Source: Polymyxa betae A26-41 (Eukaryota; Protista; Endomyxa: Phytomyxea). From it: DNA of 64,000 bases. Under the pieces are notes generated by a model. That model ran no database searches, was not told where the DNA came from, and saw only the letters and a list, made by a program, of their open reading frames with translations. Location: assembly GCA_003693705.1 (NCBI GenBank), contig RBZT01000790.1:1-64000 (forward strand), in the 5' to 3' direction. Shown here one piece after another: positions 10,623 to 25,845 of this stretch; positions within the stretch are counted from its first letter, which is position 1; the number at the start of each line of letters is the position of its first letter. A program made the translations under genes and the position numbers.

Positions 10623-13611
10623 ATGGGGGCCGTCTCGTCCACGTTCCCGTATCGATTGGGCGAAGAGAAGAAAGTAGACGCGCGCTGGACCTTACATGAT
10701 GGACAGAGAAAGGTCAGTTACGAGTAGGTCCCTGTATTGAGCGAGAGTATGAACATTTTTTATTAGGCTGATAACGAAGAGGTATCGATATTTGTATTTG
10801 ATAAAAGACATGCATCGGCCGATGAGCTACACGCTGCCAAACATTATGAGAAACGACTGAAAACACTTCGGTATCCGCATGTGATGAAGTTTCTGGATTC
10901 AACAGAAGTTGGTCGAACACTTTAACGTTTTATGAATTTAAAAAAGCTGTGCAGCTTCCAGAATCTCTCTATATTGTATGCGAGAGGGTTTCACCGCTAA
11001 ATATCGGAATCGATGGAGTCGAAGTTGACCCGAAAACTATACCGCTTGGTCTTTTCCAGATTGCTGTACGTTTTGAATTTATATCTCGATTCTCGCTGAT
11101 CATGTCCTAGTCAGCTGTATCTTTTTTGAATAATGATTGTAAAATGTCACACTGCTCGGTATCGCCACAAAGCGTGTTCATCAGCAAGTCTGGAGACTGG
11201 AAACTTGGTGGTCTTTTCATGGTTTACGACAGTTCCGAACTGTCGCGTGCTGATTGGGGTAGACATGCACAGTATACGCCACAGCTTTACCAGGCTCCAG
11301 ATTTGGCCAATTTTCGAAATAGTTACTTCAAGGATTTCCCTATGCATGCTCTGGGTGAGTTTGGTTCTGTTTGTCTTGGCTTGCCTTAAGCTGGATTACT
11401 ATTAGATTCATGGGCGCTGGGCTGCTTGATCTACGAAGTTTTCACTGGATCGTTGGCAAGGAGAGATCAGCTGAAAGACACATCTCGTATTCCTCAATCT
11501 CTTATTCCACAATATCAAAGGTATTTTCATCATATTGTCAGTATATTCTGTTCCAATAACCGAGTCGAAAGGTTGCTAGCAAATAACGCTGCTGCTCGAT
11601 TAACTGCTTCGCAACTGTTGATGTCACCGTACTTCAACTCCGATATTGTTAAAACTGTGGATTTCTTAGATCAGCTAACTGTCAAATCTGATGGGGAAAA
11701 GGACGCCTTTTTCCGCGATATTCAGGACAGACTCGGTTCACTTCCTGATGTAAGCCTTACCATCTCTCAAATTGGTTTTCGTTCTCACAGAAATTTTTAG
11801 ACTTTGGCTCGATATCGCGTATTGCCATGCTTAGTGAATGCTTTGGAATATGGGTCGGTCACCACATCAGCTCCCAGAGTGCTTTCTGCGATGCTTAGCA
11901 TCAGCTCCGGTTTAAAGCCGGAAGAATTTGCTACTATGGTTCAGCCGACATTGTTAAAATTGTTCGCATGTAATGACCGAGCTGTTCGGGCTGGCCTTCT
12001 TAAGGTTGTTGTTGATGCTAGAATTTCTCACCGCTTCTGATTTCATTTAGGCCCTCCCTGATTACATAATTCACCTCTCCGATTCGATTGTCAACGAATC
12101 CATTTGGCCGAATATCACAACCGGCTTCACAGATACAGAACCACGTCTGCGTGAGGCCACAATCAAAGCTCTTCTGTGTGTTCTACCTAAACTGAAAGAC
12201 AAGACGATTCACGCGTCAGCATTCCCTTTAATACAGAAAATGCAGCGCGATCCTGTTCCTGGGATCCGAACTAATACTGTCGTGGCTATTGGGAAAGTTG
12301 CCAAGTTCCTTTCTCCAGCTTCACGTGATCTTGTGCTTCTTCGCGTATTCTGTCTAGCGCTAAGGTTCGATATCTTCAAGTACTTCCGCGTCTTTATTGA
12401 ATTTTACAGAGATCCATTCGTTCCCTCCCGCCAACAAGCTCTTGCTGCATTCCAAAGCACTGCCGAGCTGTTCACTGCCGATCAGATTGCGAAGAGTATC
12501 ATTCCTGTTATCAGTCTTCATTTGATAGATCCTGCTAAGAATGTCGGTCTCTTGCGCTTTTTTTATCTCGAATTTACATCTTTGTGATCAGGTCAGGGAA
12601 CAAGCTATTAAAACGACGAAAACGTTATTAACGCAGATTGAAGGGTTGGCAGCTTCAATGGGGGATCAGAAGCAAAGCGATTCTGGAACTAGTGCCAGCA
12701 CTTCATCTTCTCAACAGAAATCAGGTTTGTTTCTTTCGCTTATGGTATTTATCTGACAGGCTATCTCAGGATCGATTCCTACTGATCTGAATTCTGCAAC
12801 TGCCTTAGCTGGTAAGATCACCAATTGGGCTGTCGGTTCTATCAGCAAGCGACTCTTGGACAATGGGCCTAATAAGGCAGCAAATGCGTCGAATGACGAT
12901 CTATCAAGCCGTATTGGAAATCTCCCTTCGTAAGTACTTTTGAGCATTCCGCAATCAGCTTTTGCCAATGCTGGTTGAATAGACGATCATCGAGTTCATC
13001 TGAGGCTCGTTCAGGCAAGCCATCGTCAGCTACGTCTAACGCTTCAGTACTGCTCCCAAATAAGTTTCTTTTGTGTTCTCATTTTAACTCTTAGACTACT
13101 CAACCATATAACGACAGCAGGAGTAGAGAATCGTTCTCTGCTAATGAGGACCATGATGCTTTGGCGGCTTATTCGATTCCCGATAACAACGACAGTATCT
13201 TTGCTGGGCTATCACCAAGCTCTGCTGCTGAGCCGGCGATTTCGGACTTCGACCTGTCGGCGCTGTCTATTAGGTCACCATCCACATATAACAATCCTGT
13301 TCATGTTTCTTCCGAATGGGACTCGTGGCTGAATGACGATATTAAAGTGCCTACAATCCCACTCGCACCTTCGTCGTCCGTCAATAGCAACCCAGCAATT
13401 CCTCCTCCGTCTTTGGTAAGCTTCGCGATCTCTCTCTAATACGTTTGCTGATTACATTCATTAGAAGCCTGCAACTTCAAAGGCTGGTACGCTCAATGTC
13501 CAGAACCCAAAACCAGCTGTTGCACCACTGAGAACAAGCGGCCTTAATCCCAGACTTGCCAAGTCGAACACCAAAAATACTTTCGATGATGATTTCTTTA
13601 ATAACTGGTAA
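10623..13611 (+). CDS. SCYL-family (SCYL1/Cex1-like) pseudokinase with HEAT repeats
   Basis: TLKTLRYPHVMKF, HCSVSPQSVFISKSGDWKLGG, DSWALGCLIYEVF, LFACNDRAVR, DPVPGIRTNT, RDPFVPSR. Many short introns. Ends FDDDFFNNW*. Confidence 0.88.
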
Positions 13612-13922
13612 AATATGTCGTCTCCAGCGCATTTTGTGTTTTTTTTTGCCCAATCGTTCTTTCCTTACGTGTACATCGCTGTTGCCCAGCGTGAAGACAT
13701 CGGCAACACGCTTGGCTATCAGTCGGAGGATTGTGATACAGCAAGTCATGGAGACCGATTCTCGCTACAGAAATTTAGATCAGTACTGATTTGGCCGTCG
13801 CTTGACTCCAGTGGTTGTCAGACTCGTCGTCATCTTATCGCTTCACAGTCACCACCTGAACTATTCGTCCCCTGTCGCTGCTGCTCACTTTCTTATCGCT
13901 TCACAGTGCTCAATCTCTCATC

Positions 13923-14855
13923 ATGACAATAGATTTGTTAGCTCCGATCGAAACGCCCACGCATCGCTTTCCGAATGCTGCCTCGGGTGACCGTCGTCTG
14001 CCGCTCGCCTGGATGAAAGCGAAGCATTGGGTTTCAAGTTCGAATGTGTTGCTTCTTATCATGATGTGCGTCGAGAACCTATTCGCGCCAGCCTACTCTT
14101 TATTCTGCGACGTTGAGAAGACGATCTTAGCAAAGTTCACGGCTCCCCGAAACTCAAGGCTGATGGGCATCTTCAAATTTGCATTTGTATGCGCTGTTTT
14201 ACTCGTCGCAATATCAATTAGGTTGCTGATGCGGACGGTTCGAGAAGTGCTTGACCATCCGCTCGAGACCGCTCACCGCATTCGCTCGTGGTTCGACATT
14301 GGGTGCTTGAAGCGGGGTTGTGCCGAACTCAAAGATGCTGCGAAGAACGATTTCGATGCCCTCAGAGAAAAAGGCTTCGTATATTTTTGCTGTTGCATTT
14401 TACTTGGAGTCTACCAAATATCGGTGTGGATCGCTTACAATCTCATTTATCATCCTATCGAAATCTGCACATTCGCTATTTTATCAAGGTTGCTACCTTC
14501 ATGGTCCCGTTTCGAGCTAGTTCGAGTGACGGAGGCAGCCAATGAGCGCTTCACTGCTGTTCGACATTCGTGGCGACTCTTGAAGAGACCAAGCTATCGT
14601 CTGGACTCGCACGAGCGCTGGAAGCGAAACAAGACGTGGCGTGATGACAGAGGTTGGAAGCGTCCGTTGGAAAATGTTGAAATGGAGGGTATATGTACGT
14701 CCAGGGAAGATTGGGAAGCCTGTAAAAGGTATCCGGTTGACAATGCGAAATGGTCGGATCTCGAAGATGCTGACTCTGATACATCGGATCTACCTGATTT
14801 CCTTTACTGTCCAACGCCAATGATACCTGAGGACCACGACTCGGCATCGTCATAA
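13923..14855 (+). CDS. Intronless hypothetical membrane protein (310 aa, about 3 hydrophobic segments, acidic tail)
   Basis: Long uninterrupted ORF with ATG start. No family recognised. Confidence 0.55.
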   Translation: MTIDLLAPIETPTHRFPNAASGDRRLPLAWMKAKHWVSSSNVLLLIMMCVENLFAPAYSLFCDVEKTILAKFTAPRNSRLMGIFKFAFVCAVLLVAISIRLLMRTVREVLDHPLETAHRIRSWFDIGCLKRGCAELKDAAKNDFDALREKGFVYFCCCILLGVYQISVWIAYNLIYHPIEICTFAILSRLLPSWSRFELVRVTEAANERFTAVRHSWRLLKRPSYRLDSHERWKRNKTWRDDRGWKRPLENVEMEGICTSREDWEACKRYPVDNAKWSDLEDADSDTSDLPDFLYCPTPMIPEDHDSASS

Positions 14856-15425
14856 AGTTGTATCGTTTAGGGATTTCTCAGAAACATGAGACTGCCAATT
14901 AGCTGGCTTTGAGCCCTAGAGATTTGCTCTCGCTTCTTTAACGCCGATTTTCTTGGAGATGCCCGAACTGAGAGATATACAAAATGACTTGATGACCCAC
15001 ACAGGTTTCGCTCCTTGATTCGCGGTAACTATATGCTGAACTCATGAATGTCCTTAATTTCATCCATTTGGCAGTTATGACTGCTGTATGTAGCTTTGAA
15101 GGTAACAATGTTACTCCGTTGAATATTCATAAGCAGCTCGTCTAGCTATACATCTATTCGTTTGATATTGGCAGCAACAACGGGTAGTTGCAGTCTTGCC
15201 TAGCTTTTCAGATAAAAGAGGGACATTGGCTGTAGACTACGCTCAAAAAGATAAATCCCTCATGAATTCATTGACTGTGAAAGAGACGAGTTTTAATGCC
15301 TCAAAAACTAGCTCATCTTGAACAACAACGATGACGGGTCTTCATAACCATAAACACTAGTGTTCTCTAGTTAGATACTATACAAATGATCCGACCGGCA
15401 TGGAGTAACGGTAACGCAAGAATGA

Positions 15426-15498
15426 GCTTCTGTGGCCCAATGGTCAAGGCGCGTGCCTACGGAGCACGAGATTCCGGGTTCGAATCCCGGCAGAGGCT
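15426..15498 (+). tRNA. tRNA-Arg (anticodon ACG)
   Basis: Cloverleaf: acceptor GCTTCTG/CAGAGGC, anticodon stem CGTGC/GCACG with loop CT-ACG-GA (15457-15463), T arm CCGGG-TTCGAAT-CCCGG. Confidence 0.97.
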
Positions 15499-15501
15499 TT
15501 C

Positions 15502-15507
15502 TTTTTT
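15502..15507 (+). terminator. Pol III oligo-T terminator
   Basis: T6 run 3 nt after the tRNA 3' end. Confidence 0.75.
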
Positions 15508-15830
15508 GCAAACTTCTCTACCCGGTTTTCAATATTGATCATTTATCGGCGATGATGAAATAAACCCTTCAGTTGCGTTGTCAATACGTCATGCACATAT
15601 TTACGAATCGTCATCTGGCAGATGTGAGATATAGAGCATTACAAGGCTAGTTGTTAGAGAAGCACGACGCTCACAAGCAAGCCTTACTCTTTCAAAGCCG
15701 CTTCATTGGACATTTCTCGCGGCTGCTTACTTTCCTGTAGCCATTGTGTGTTTTCGAGCTATTTTGTGCTTTCTAGGGATAGCAGAGGCCCAATGTGGAA
15801 TGCAAACGGAATGAAGGAGTTGGCAGTGTT

Positions 15831-16472
15831 TTACCAGAGGCCGCACAACATGTTTTCAAACTTCTTTCTCTGCACATGAGGGAGGGTTGCCGGGTACAAT
15901 GCAGTTGTATTATACCAACAACAGATGTGACCGAGCTCGGACTGAGTCGGCGAGTGTGTCGTGACCGGAAATAATTGGGAAATGGTCAGCGGCGGTACAA
16001 CGACGTCCCCTGGAGCCGGCGGCGCAGCTCCAGAAACTGCAGCTATGGGTGCAGGCATCATTCTTGGTAACATCGCTGGAATGGGTGGCGCCGCCATGAA
16101 GCCTGCATCTAACCTTGAACGGCATGACAGTCGTTTGCGAGGTCGTCATTTAGCACGAGAGCTTATTCGATCGACATAATCGATCTGGGCTCGAAATGCG
16201 CGCAGCTCATCTTGGATTGGGGCGAGCTCCTGGGCGATCGCCGGTCCCTACCACAGCGGTGCCGCTGCCTGCGCGGCTGCTTTCGCCAGCCGGATCTCGG
16301 AGCCACCGATTTCAGCATCTGTAATCATGCCAGCCGCTTCGCCGCTTCTGCCTTTGGATTTACGACCCACGTCAGCAGAGGTGACCGCGACGGCCGGTGT
16401 GGCCAGTCCCAGTTGGTTTGCACGGCGATCCGCCAATAAAGGTGACGGCGGTAAGCCAGCCATCTTTGTCAC
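15831..16472 (-). pseudogene. Broken GC-rich ORF, C-terminus weakly Mug135/DUF1773-like
   Basis: Fragments 16248-16472 and 15831-16097 are separated by stops/frameshift. The pattern FPVT...ELGHICCWYN...QRKKFENMLCG was recognised by eye only. Confidence 0.25.
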
Positions 16473-16780
16473 GAAATTGCATTTTACCTCTAATGTGGAA
16501 GGTCACCCAAAAGCGTGCGAAACAAAGGCAACCGTCATTAGTGGACTATTATTCTGTACTATTTACTCTCAACAAACAGTTTTTTACAGAATTGAAGTTC
16601 TTTACTGAGGTCAAAATAACGACAGGGTCCATGATTCGATATTGAGGTCTGAACTGAATTGGCCTCAGTAGAATTTGCCATACCTGTAGATATTGTATAG
16701 AGAGTTGTTTACAAAAAATGAGTTTTAATGCTGATCTTTCTAGTTATTTCATTGTCCTCAGTTTGATACAACTATAGGAT

Positions 16781-19700
16781 TTATCGAAAACAACTGAAGG
16801 TTTCTGGGTCGTTCCTTTGACATCCAGCATCGGCAGCATGCTCGACCGATTGAATGATTGCTTTGGGTTGCTTGATCGCCGAGCCATTTGCTGCCCGCGA
16901 TCATAGCCACCAGCCTACAATTCAGGTGGCGACAATCCCGTTATCGATTTGGATAAGGTTTACCTCTTTGCTGATCGAAAGCAACCTTCTATCGCAGGAG
17001 ATGCATTTCCAGGTTCTTCGATAATCGATAATGAATACTTGTGACAAATTATAAATTTGTTTGCATGCTTACTTTAACGGCGTTTTCCCAGCTAAAATTT
17101 GATCACCAGATAAAAACATTGCAAGCAGCTTTTCCATATCCGACCTGATACGAACTGAATCATTTACATTTTTTTCTGCAATCTTCTTACAAGTTCGCTT
17201 TCTTCTCCAGATCGAAGATATCAGCTTTCTTGCTAAGCTGTGAAAAGGCTTCTTCCACTCGCTTTCGAAGGTCTTCGATACTGCCTCCGGTCGCGTTATG
17301 TTTTGGAGCGGAGTTCGCGCTAACGCTGCGAACTTGAGTCTTCAGCTTCTGAATTTCGTCATTGATATCGTCCTGGTTTTTAGCAACCTCTGCAGCGACT
17401 AGCTGCTCTATTTTTCTTGATCATCTAAGCTCCCGAAATTTTCCCAGAATGGCCCTGCTCCTCACCTCTGCTTATTTACCACTTGGGAAGCCGTCCTCGA
17501 TTCCATGTTGAAAGCGCTGCCATTAGAATCTTGAGTCCTCAACATTTGAATCGCTTCCAGAGTGGATCCTCTATGCAAGGCTATCACGGCATCTAAATCA
17601 TCGGTAGCAATTTGATGAATCGAAGCGATCCTGTAACTGAGCTCATGAAGGACATTGAAAGCAGCATTCAAGCTTTCCGATAAAGACAGCAAGATGTGAC
17701 CGAGCTGCGGTTTCGTCATGGCGACAGATGACACACCCTGATAATAATATCTAAAGCGTCTGCTCTTTGAGATATTATATATGGGCGGGAACATTTGTAT
17801 GACAATATAGTTAGCCATAATTACTGGCTTCAAGTGAACGTGAATACGGGGTTCGCTTAAGGGGCTCATTTTCGCATCGACAGAGCGAATGTAATGTTAC
17901 ACACTTAGGAAAGTCTGTCTACGTTTGAAGGCCAATACTTTTATCATTGTCTCTAAGCTCCATGAACCAGAGCTCGTCCAAGATCCGGCCGTCGCGATAG
18001 CCGCCAAACAGGACCGCCTGCCGCTCGCTCACGGCTGATAGAGTGGCTCCCAATCTGATTCCAGGACATTCGCTGCCCAAGTCAACATCCTCCCAAGACG
18101 ACTTCGAGATCACCAAGCTAATACTAGCGCTCAGATGACGTAAAGATCATTCATAGTGCGATTACCGAGATAATGTCATTTTAAACGAGCCCAATCCTGG
18201 TTGTAGCTGCTCTCCAAAGTTTGGTGATTTTTCGACCGCAACGAAAGGCTTTCTTTCCAGGATAACCCCCAGATTTAGGAACGCCTTTTCATTCCTGGAT
18301 TGAAAGATGCGCCTCCAAACAACCTTCCCTGGTTCGGTGAATTCTGCCAAAGTGATCTCGGAAATTTTGTCCGGGTTCTCGCCGCCCGCCAGAATCCACA
18401 GATCTCTGCGAGTCTCCCCAAACAAAGGCAGCGATTTCGGTATCGGATAATCGCCGGTGACCGCCAACGGAGTCCATGTAAGATCGTCAATCGAGAATCT
18501 CCAAAGATCATGAAAGAACTGCTGCTTATCGCGACCCCCGAAAAGCAAGATTGAGTTCTCATCATACGGAGCCATGCTCGATCCTTCGCGAGCGGATGGA
18601 CTTCGTCCTTGGACAGTCCGATGGCTCCATTTCCAGGTCGCTACATTCAACCATTAGCAGCGTCGCATCAGTTATGATCTTCATCACCAATATCAAGAAA
18701 CAGAGTCTCGTTCGTGCAGAAACGCCCAACGAATCCGCCAAAGACAACCATAAAGCCCCCGGCGACCGCTGTTGCATGCGAATGTCGACCTGGATGAATC
18801 CGTCCTCGAACAGCGGGCCGATCCCAGAGACACCGATCAACTTGTAGGCGCCACACGTCGTCGAGCTGCCTTTCCTCATTCATACCACCGTAAACGATCA
18901 ATGACGATCGCGATGCGTCGTAGGCAGCCGTATGCTTGTATCTGTGCGGCGGGCATCGTGACCCTAACTGAATCCGACGCCAGACTAACTGGAACGGCTG
19001 AATGCCTTGATCTGACATCAGTTCGGAAATGGCCTGCTTTCTGGAGCTCGAATGTCGCATCTGATTCTTCAGCTGTAAGTTCTCATCGAAAAGGGATTGG
19101 TTCTGCGTTCGAAAGGATTCCAAAGCCGTTTTTAGCTGCGAAATCTCGTGATACAGCGAGGCGTCACTTTCGTGTTTGACCTGCTGCTCTAAACTCGGTT
19201 CAATGGAAGGGACGATCCGATGGGGTGAATTTGCACCTTCAATATCGGTTCCGGTAAATAGAAATGAGAAGGATTGCACGAGTATCAGGCCCAATTCGAA
19301 CGGTTCATCTCTATGGTCAGACAGCTGCCTCAACGAAATGAATTTACTTCGATGATAGACTTGACTCAAAACAACGAAGGCACAAAGCTGAAATCTGCAC
19401 CGAATCAGAAATAACATGATTAGTGTGGCGGTTACGATTTTACAGTAAAGGATAATGATGAGGATCCTGATGTTTTCTTGTTTTTTGAAGATTGACAAAC
19501 ATGCTAACCCAATGTTGGACACATTGCCGAATATCGGCGCTTAAACAATCGATAACAGCACGAACCTGATGTGCTCGTTCGGATGTTGACGGGCCAGATA
19601 GCGCCTGGGCCAATTTGTCGCTGATTTTGTGTGGAATTAAAGTCTCCAGTAATGCTACGACCGACTCTCTAAGAATCGCTATACGAAGATCGAGATTTAT

Positions 19701-20110
19701 GCCATCTGGTAGCCGACTTTCCGAACCGATCTGATGAACTGTGAGGCAACGTCGGTTAGCGATGGCTCCACTAACAAAAAACTATGGGCAAGCTGGAATG
19801 AAAATTTCACCGAACTTGTTGCAAAAGAATGAAGGGCCTGTTTCGCTTGAGTTTGCAGAACGGGATCTTCCAGGGCGTTCTTAGCTATGAGCTCGAAGCC
19901 ATCGGCATCAATCCCGTTTCTAAATGGAACTCAGTTTATAAATCAAGGGAGCGAGCGGGTTGATCGAATTGACTTTGTGATGAATTCGCTGCAATCCGAC
20001 ACGATTTTTCGGAATTGATCGAATCGCGCGACATTTAACGATCCGGTCGTTGATGGGTGCTTTCGCAGAAACGAAGTGCTTCGAACCCGCGAAAGCCAAC
20101 GTAGCGCCAT
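16781..20110 (-). CDS. Multi-exon protein: degenerate RhoGAP-like domain, coiled coil, Kelch repeats, C-terminal coiled coil; 3' end approximate
   Basis: Kelch motifs (PPHRYKHTA..LIVYGG..DDVW; PGRHSHA..VVFGG; PSAREGSS..LLFGG..HDLW). Upstream exons from ATG 20110 splice in frame via GT-AG introns with CTAAC/CTAAT branch sites. Confidence 0.75.
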
Positions 20111-20501
20111 GTCCAGCTAGATGGTGATCCCGGAAACACTGTGACTGCAATCACATCGCGGCGATTGCTTGCAGAACCAATTTATGTCGCAGGACCACCA
20201 AATGATTGGCATTGTGCTGCCAAAACTGATCGAGTTATGCAAAGATTCATTCTGAGTCTAAGTGAAGGATCACGTTAAAAAAAGGCGAACGCGTCAATAT
20301 TTTTCCCGAGTAAAACTCCGTTATTTCCAGGAACCCCAATCCAAAAATGGCATTTCAAACAATATCAACCCGCCCTTGGAATCCATGACCCATCCCAAAA
20401 AATTGAATCCACGCCCCAACGGCGGCCCTAAATTAGATGACCAATCCCCCCTCCCCCATTTTGGATCAATCTCTGTAAATCTAAACCAACAATTTTGGTA
20501 T

Positions 20502-20981
20502 AGTTACTATAGTATCAAGATTCAATATCACGCTATCGCTAATGGTGCTTTGGTGATCTGTTTCCTCGCTGAACGATCTGGTCATAGTCTCGTTCAGAAG
20601 CGCTCTACTCGCAGCTCTGCCAGTCACGAAATCCTAATTCGCGTTTTGCCTGATTATCGATATGTACCAGTCGTTTATTGGAGCGAGTGTCATTCGAATC
20701 GTCATGGTATCGTGGTGTCAGAGCAACCTGTAGATACCAATCCCAGTATGGGAGATTACTTCTGTAATGAAACCTAAGGATTAAAAAGAGCAGGCGGACT
20801 AGAGAACTAAGACGACCACAGGAGCAAGACGGAAGAGGACAGAACTAAAACGAGAAGACGAAACGAAGAGCGAACATGCTACGAAGCAGAACGAAGACAA
20901 AATTTTAGGTCCAATACATGCGTTAACCGAACTGAGCCACCCTCGATTCGGTAGCTCAATTCGGTCATGCAACTCGTAACT
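20502..20981 (+). mobile_element. Candidate solo LTR (AGTTAC...GTAACT termini)
   Basis: 6-bp inverted termini, near-TSD GTAT/CTAT, internal purine-rich tract, AATACA and a 16-bp hairpin near the 3' end. Confidence 0.45.
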
Positions 20982-21401
20982 CTATTTAATATGGGGACGA
21001 TTTCGGTCAGTCACAGTATGAGATATCAACTTCACTGGCTGCGCGATGCCCAGCGCCGAGGCCGCTACTGCCATAAGGCGACTCATGACAACATCCTTGC
21101 TCGGTTTGCCGATCATTTCACGTTATGCAAGATCTTATTGAATCATTGATCTATCTTCATTCGAAACGTATCATTCACCGGTCAGGCTAGGCAATGCCAT
21201 GTTTTCTGTCATTGACGGGTATATGTGGATCCGTTTGTCAAGGAAATTCACCAGTACTCTTTCTTTAGTGATTGGCCCAGCCTTGGTTGGATGTGCTTCG
21301 AGCGTATCGTATGGGATACGTACGAGTCCCGATATGGATTCGACCTGTCATAACCGACGGTAGCTTGCCGTTGGTATTTATCAGTTGTTACACTGTAAGT
21401 C

Positions 21402-21840
21402 TGTAACAGATAGCTTAATGGATAAAGCTTTCAGTTCGTTCAACGCCGTTTTGAACTGAATCTTTATTGGCTTCTTAAAATCGTTGTCTACTCTCCGATC
21501 CTCTGTTCCATAGTCGAGCTCTCCTCCTCGCGATCGTCCTGCTTAGTTCCTCCGTCTGATCCTGTCCCTGGTCTCTACTCCTTCCCCTTCCTTCTTCTGA
21601 CCATTCAGACGGTTCTCGGTTTATTACAGTCCCCATCAGATTGCTTCTGTGATATTCCGTCACACATGATGCATCTCCGGGAGTATTCATCGATCCAACC
21701 TGAGCAGCTTCTGAAGGAGATCGCATTAATCCGTCCAAAGCTCCAAGCTCTCAAAGAGAAAATTTAGGCTCTACAATATTCAGAAGCAAATTTAAATTCT
21801 GTAATAGTATCATAAATCCTAATTCATCAACCATGTTACA
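21402..21840 (-). mobile_element. Candidate solo LTR (TGTAACA...TGTTACA termini)
   Basis: 7-bp inverted TG..CA termini, purine-rich tract, AATAAA and an 8-bp hairpin on the minus strand. No TSD seen. Confidence 0.45.
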
Positions 21841-21969
21841 TGTGCTAGAATGGGTTCCCCTTTTAAGTTTACTTTGAACTGCACTTTAGTAGTTTAGTTG
21901 ACCAAATCGTGAAAAAATTTCAAAACAATTTTGCGGACTCCGCAAAATCTTGTGTCGGCCGATTGCCAG

Positions 21970-22942
21970 ATGCCTCGTAATTTCCAGATGGCGCTTCCAT
22001 ATGCTAGGCGCCAGGGCAAACGATTTGTTCGAATTCGGGCCCATGTCAATCCGTTATCATTCAGTGACCAATACGGTATGAATCCTGATATCGCGTAACC
22101 AAACGCAGGGTGTTCTTAGCTTTTACAGACTTTCCTGAGAATCCCGACTCGATTGATTGGACGACGTATTTCCCATTGTTTCGCAACACGGCGCCAGAAT
22201 CTCCGCTCGTTCTGGATAAATCTGTCAGTATAGTTGATGCTGGATGCGGATTCGGGGGTTTGTTGGAGGCCCTGGCACCTCATTTCCCGACTAAAATGAT
22301 TCTCGGAATGGAAATTCGAGAGCAGGTCGCTAAGCACGTCCGGAAGCGCATCGCTGAGCTTCAAGAACAAAAACGGGTGCTTTTTATTTTTCATTTTTAG
22401 ACTGTATTAGTTTCAGCCATCTCAATGGCTCTATAATTTAAACCATGAGATTGATGATTGTTAGGGCACAGAAGAATGGAACTCGACCGTGGCACCATTC
22501 TCGAATATTGGAATCTGCAACACGAACGTCATGAAATATTTCCCTCGATTTTTTTCAAAAGGCCAGCTCGAGAAGATGTTTTTCCTCTTCCCGGATCCGC
22601 ATTTCAAGAAATCCAACCATCGGCGTAGAATTATCTCCACAAATTTGCTCAGCGAGTATGCTTATGCTGTTAGGGTAATAGTTTTTAAACCTCTTTGCAA
22701 ATGTGTGTCATCAACAGTCGCAGGTCGGCGGCCTAATCTATAATATCACCGATGTCGAGGATCTCTACAATTGGACCGTGGATCGATTCGAGGCACATCC
22801 ATTGTTCGAACGTGTTTTAGAATCCGAACTGCAGGATGATATTGCCATACCGGCCATGTTCAAGACCGACGAAGCGCGCCGTGTAAAAAAGAATAACGGA
22901 AATACGTACATGAGCGTCTGGCGAAGAATCGAGGATAACTAG
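21970..22942 (+). CDS. TRM8: tRNA (guanine-N7)-methyltransferase catalytic subunit (METTL1/Trm8)
   Basis: [44 protein letters not shown]. Confidence 0.95.
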
Positions 22943-23035
22943 ACACCGAATAAGTCTGAATCAATCTCGATATTTTATCAATGAAATTCGCGATGCATTT
23001 TCAGAAAAACCGAGTCATAAAATCATAGGTTGCTC

Positions 23036-25845
<2,810 letters not shown>

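Noticed and set aside
15551-15660. ATGATGA C-box downstream of the tRNA (tRNA-snoRNA dicistron)
   Set aside because: No CTGA D-box or terminal stem at a suitable distance, and a T6 terminator intervenes.
20262-20777. 171-aa ORF as a gene
   Set aside because: Non-ATG start, runs across the putative LTR boundary, and has no recognisable protein features.
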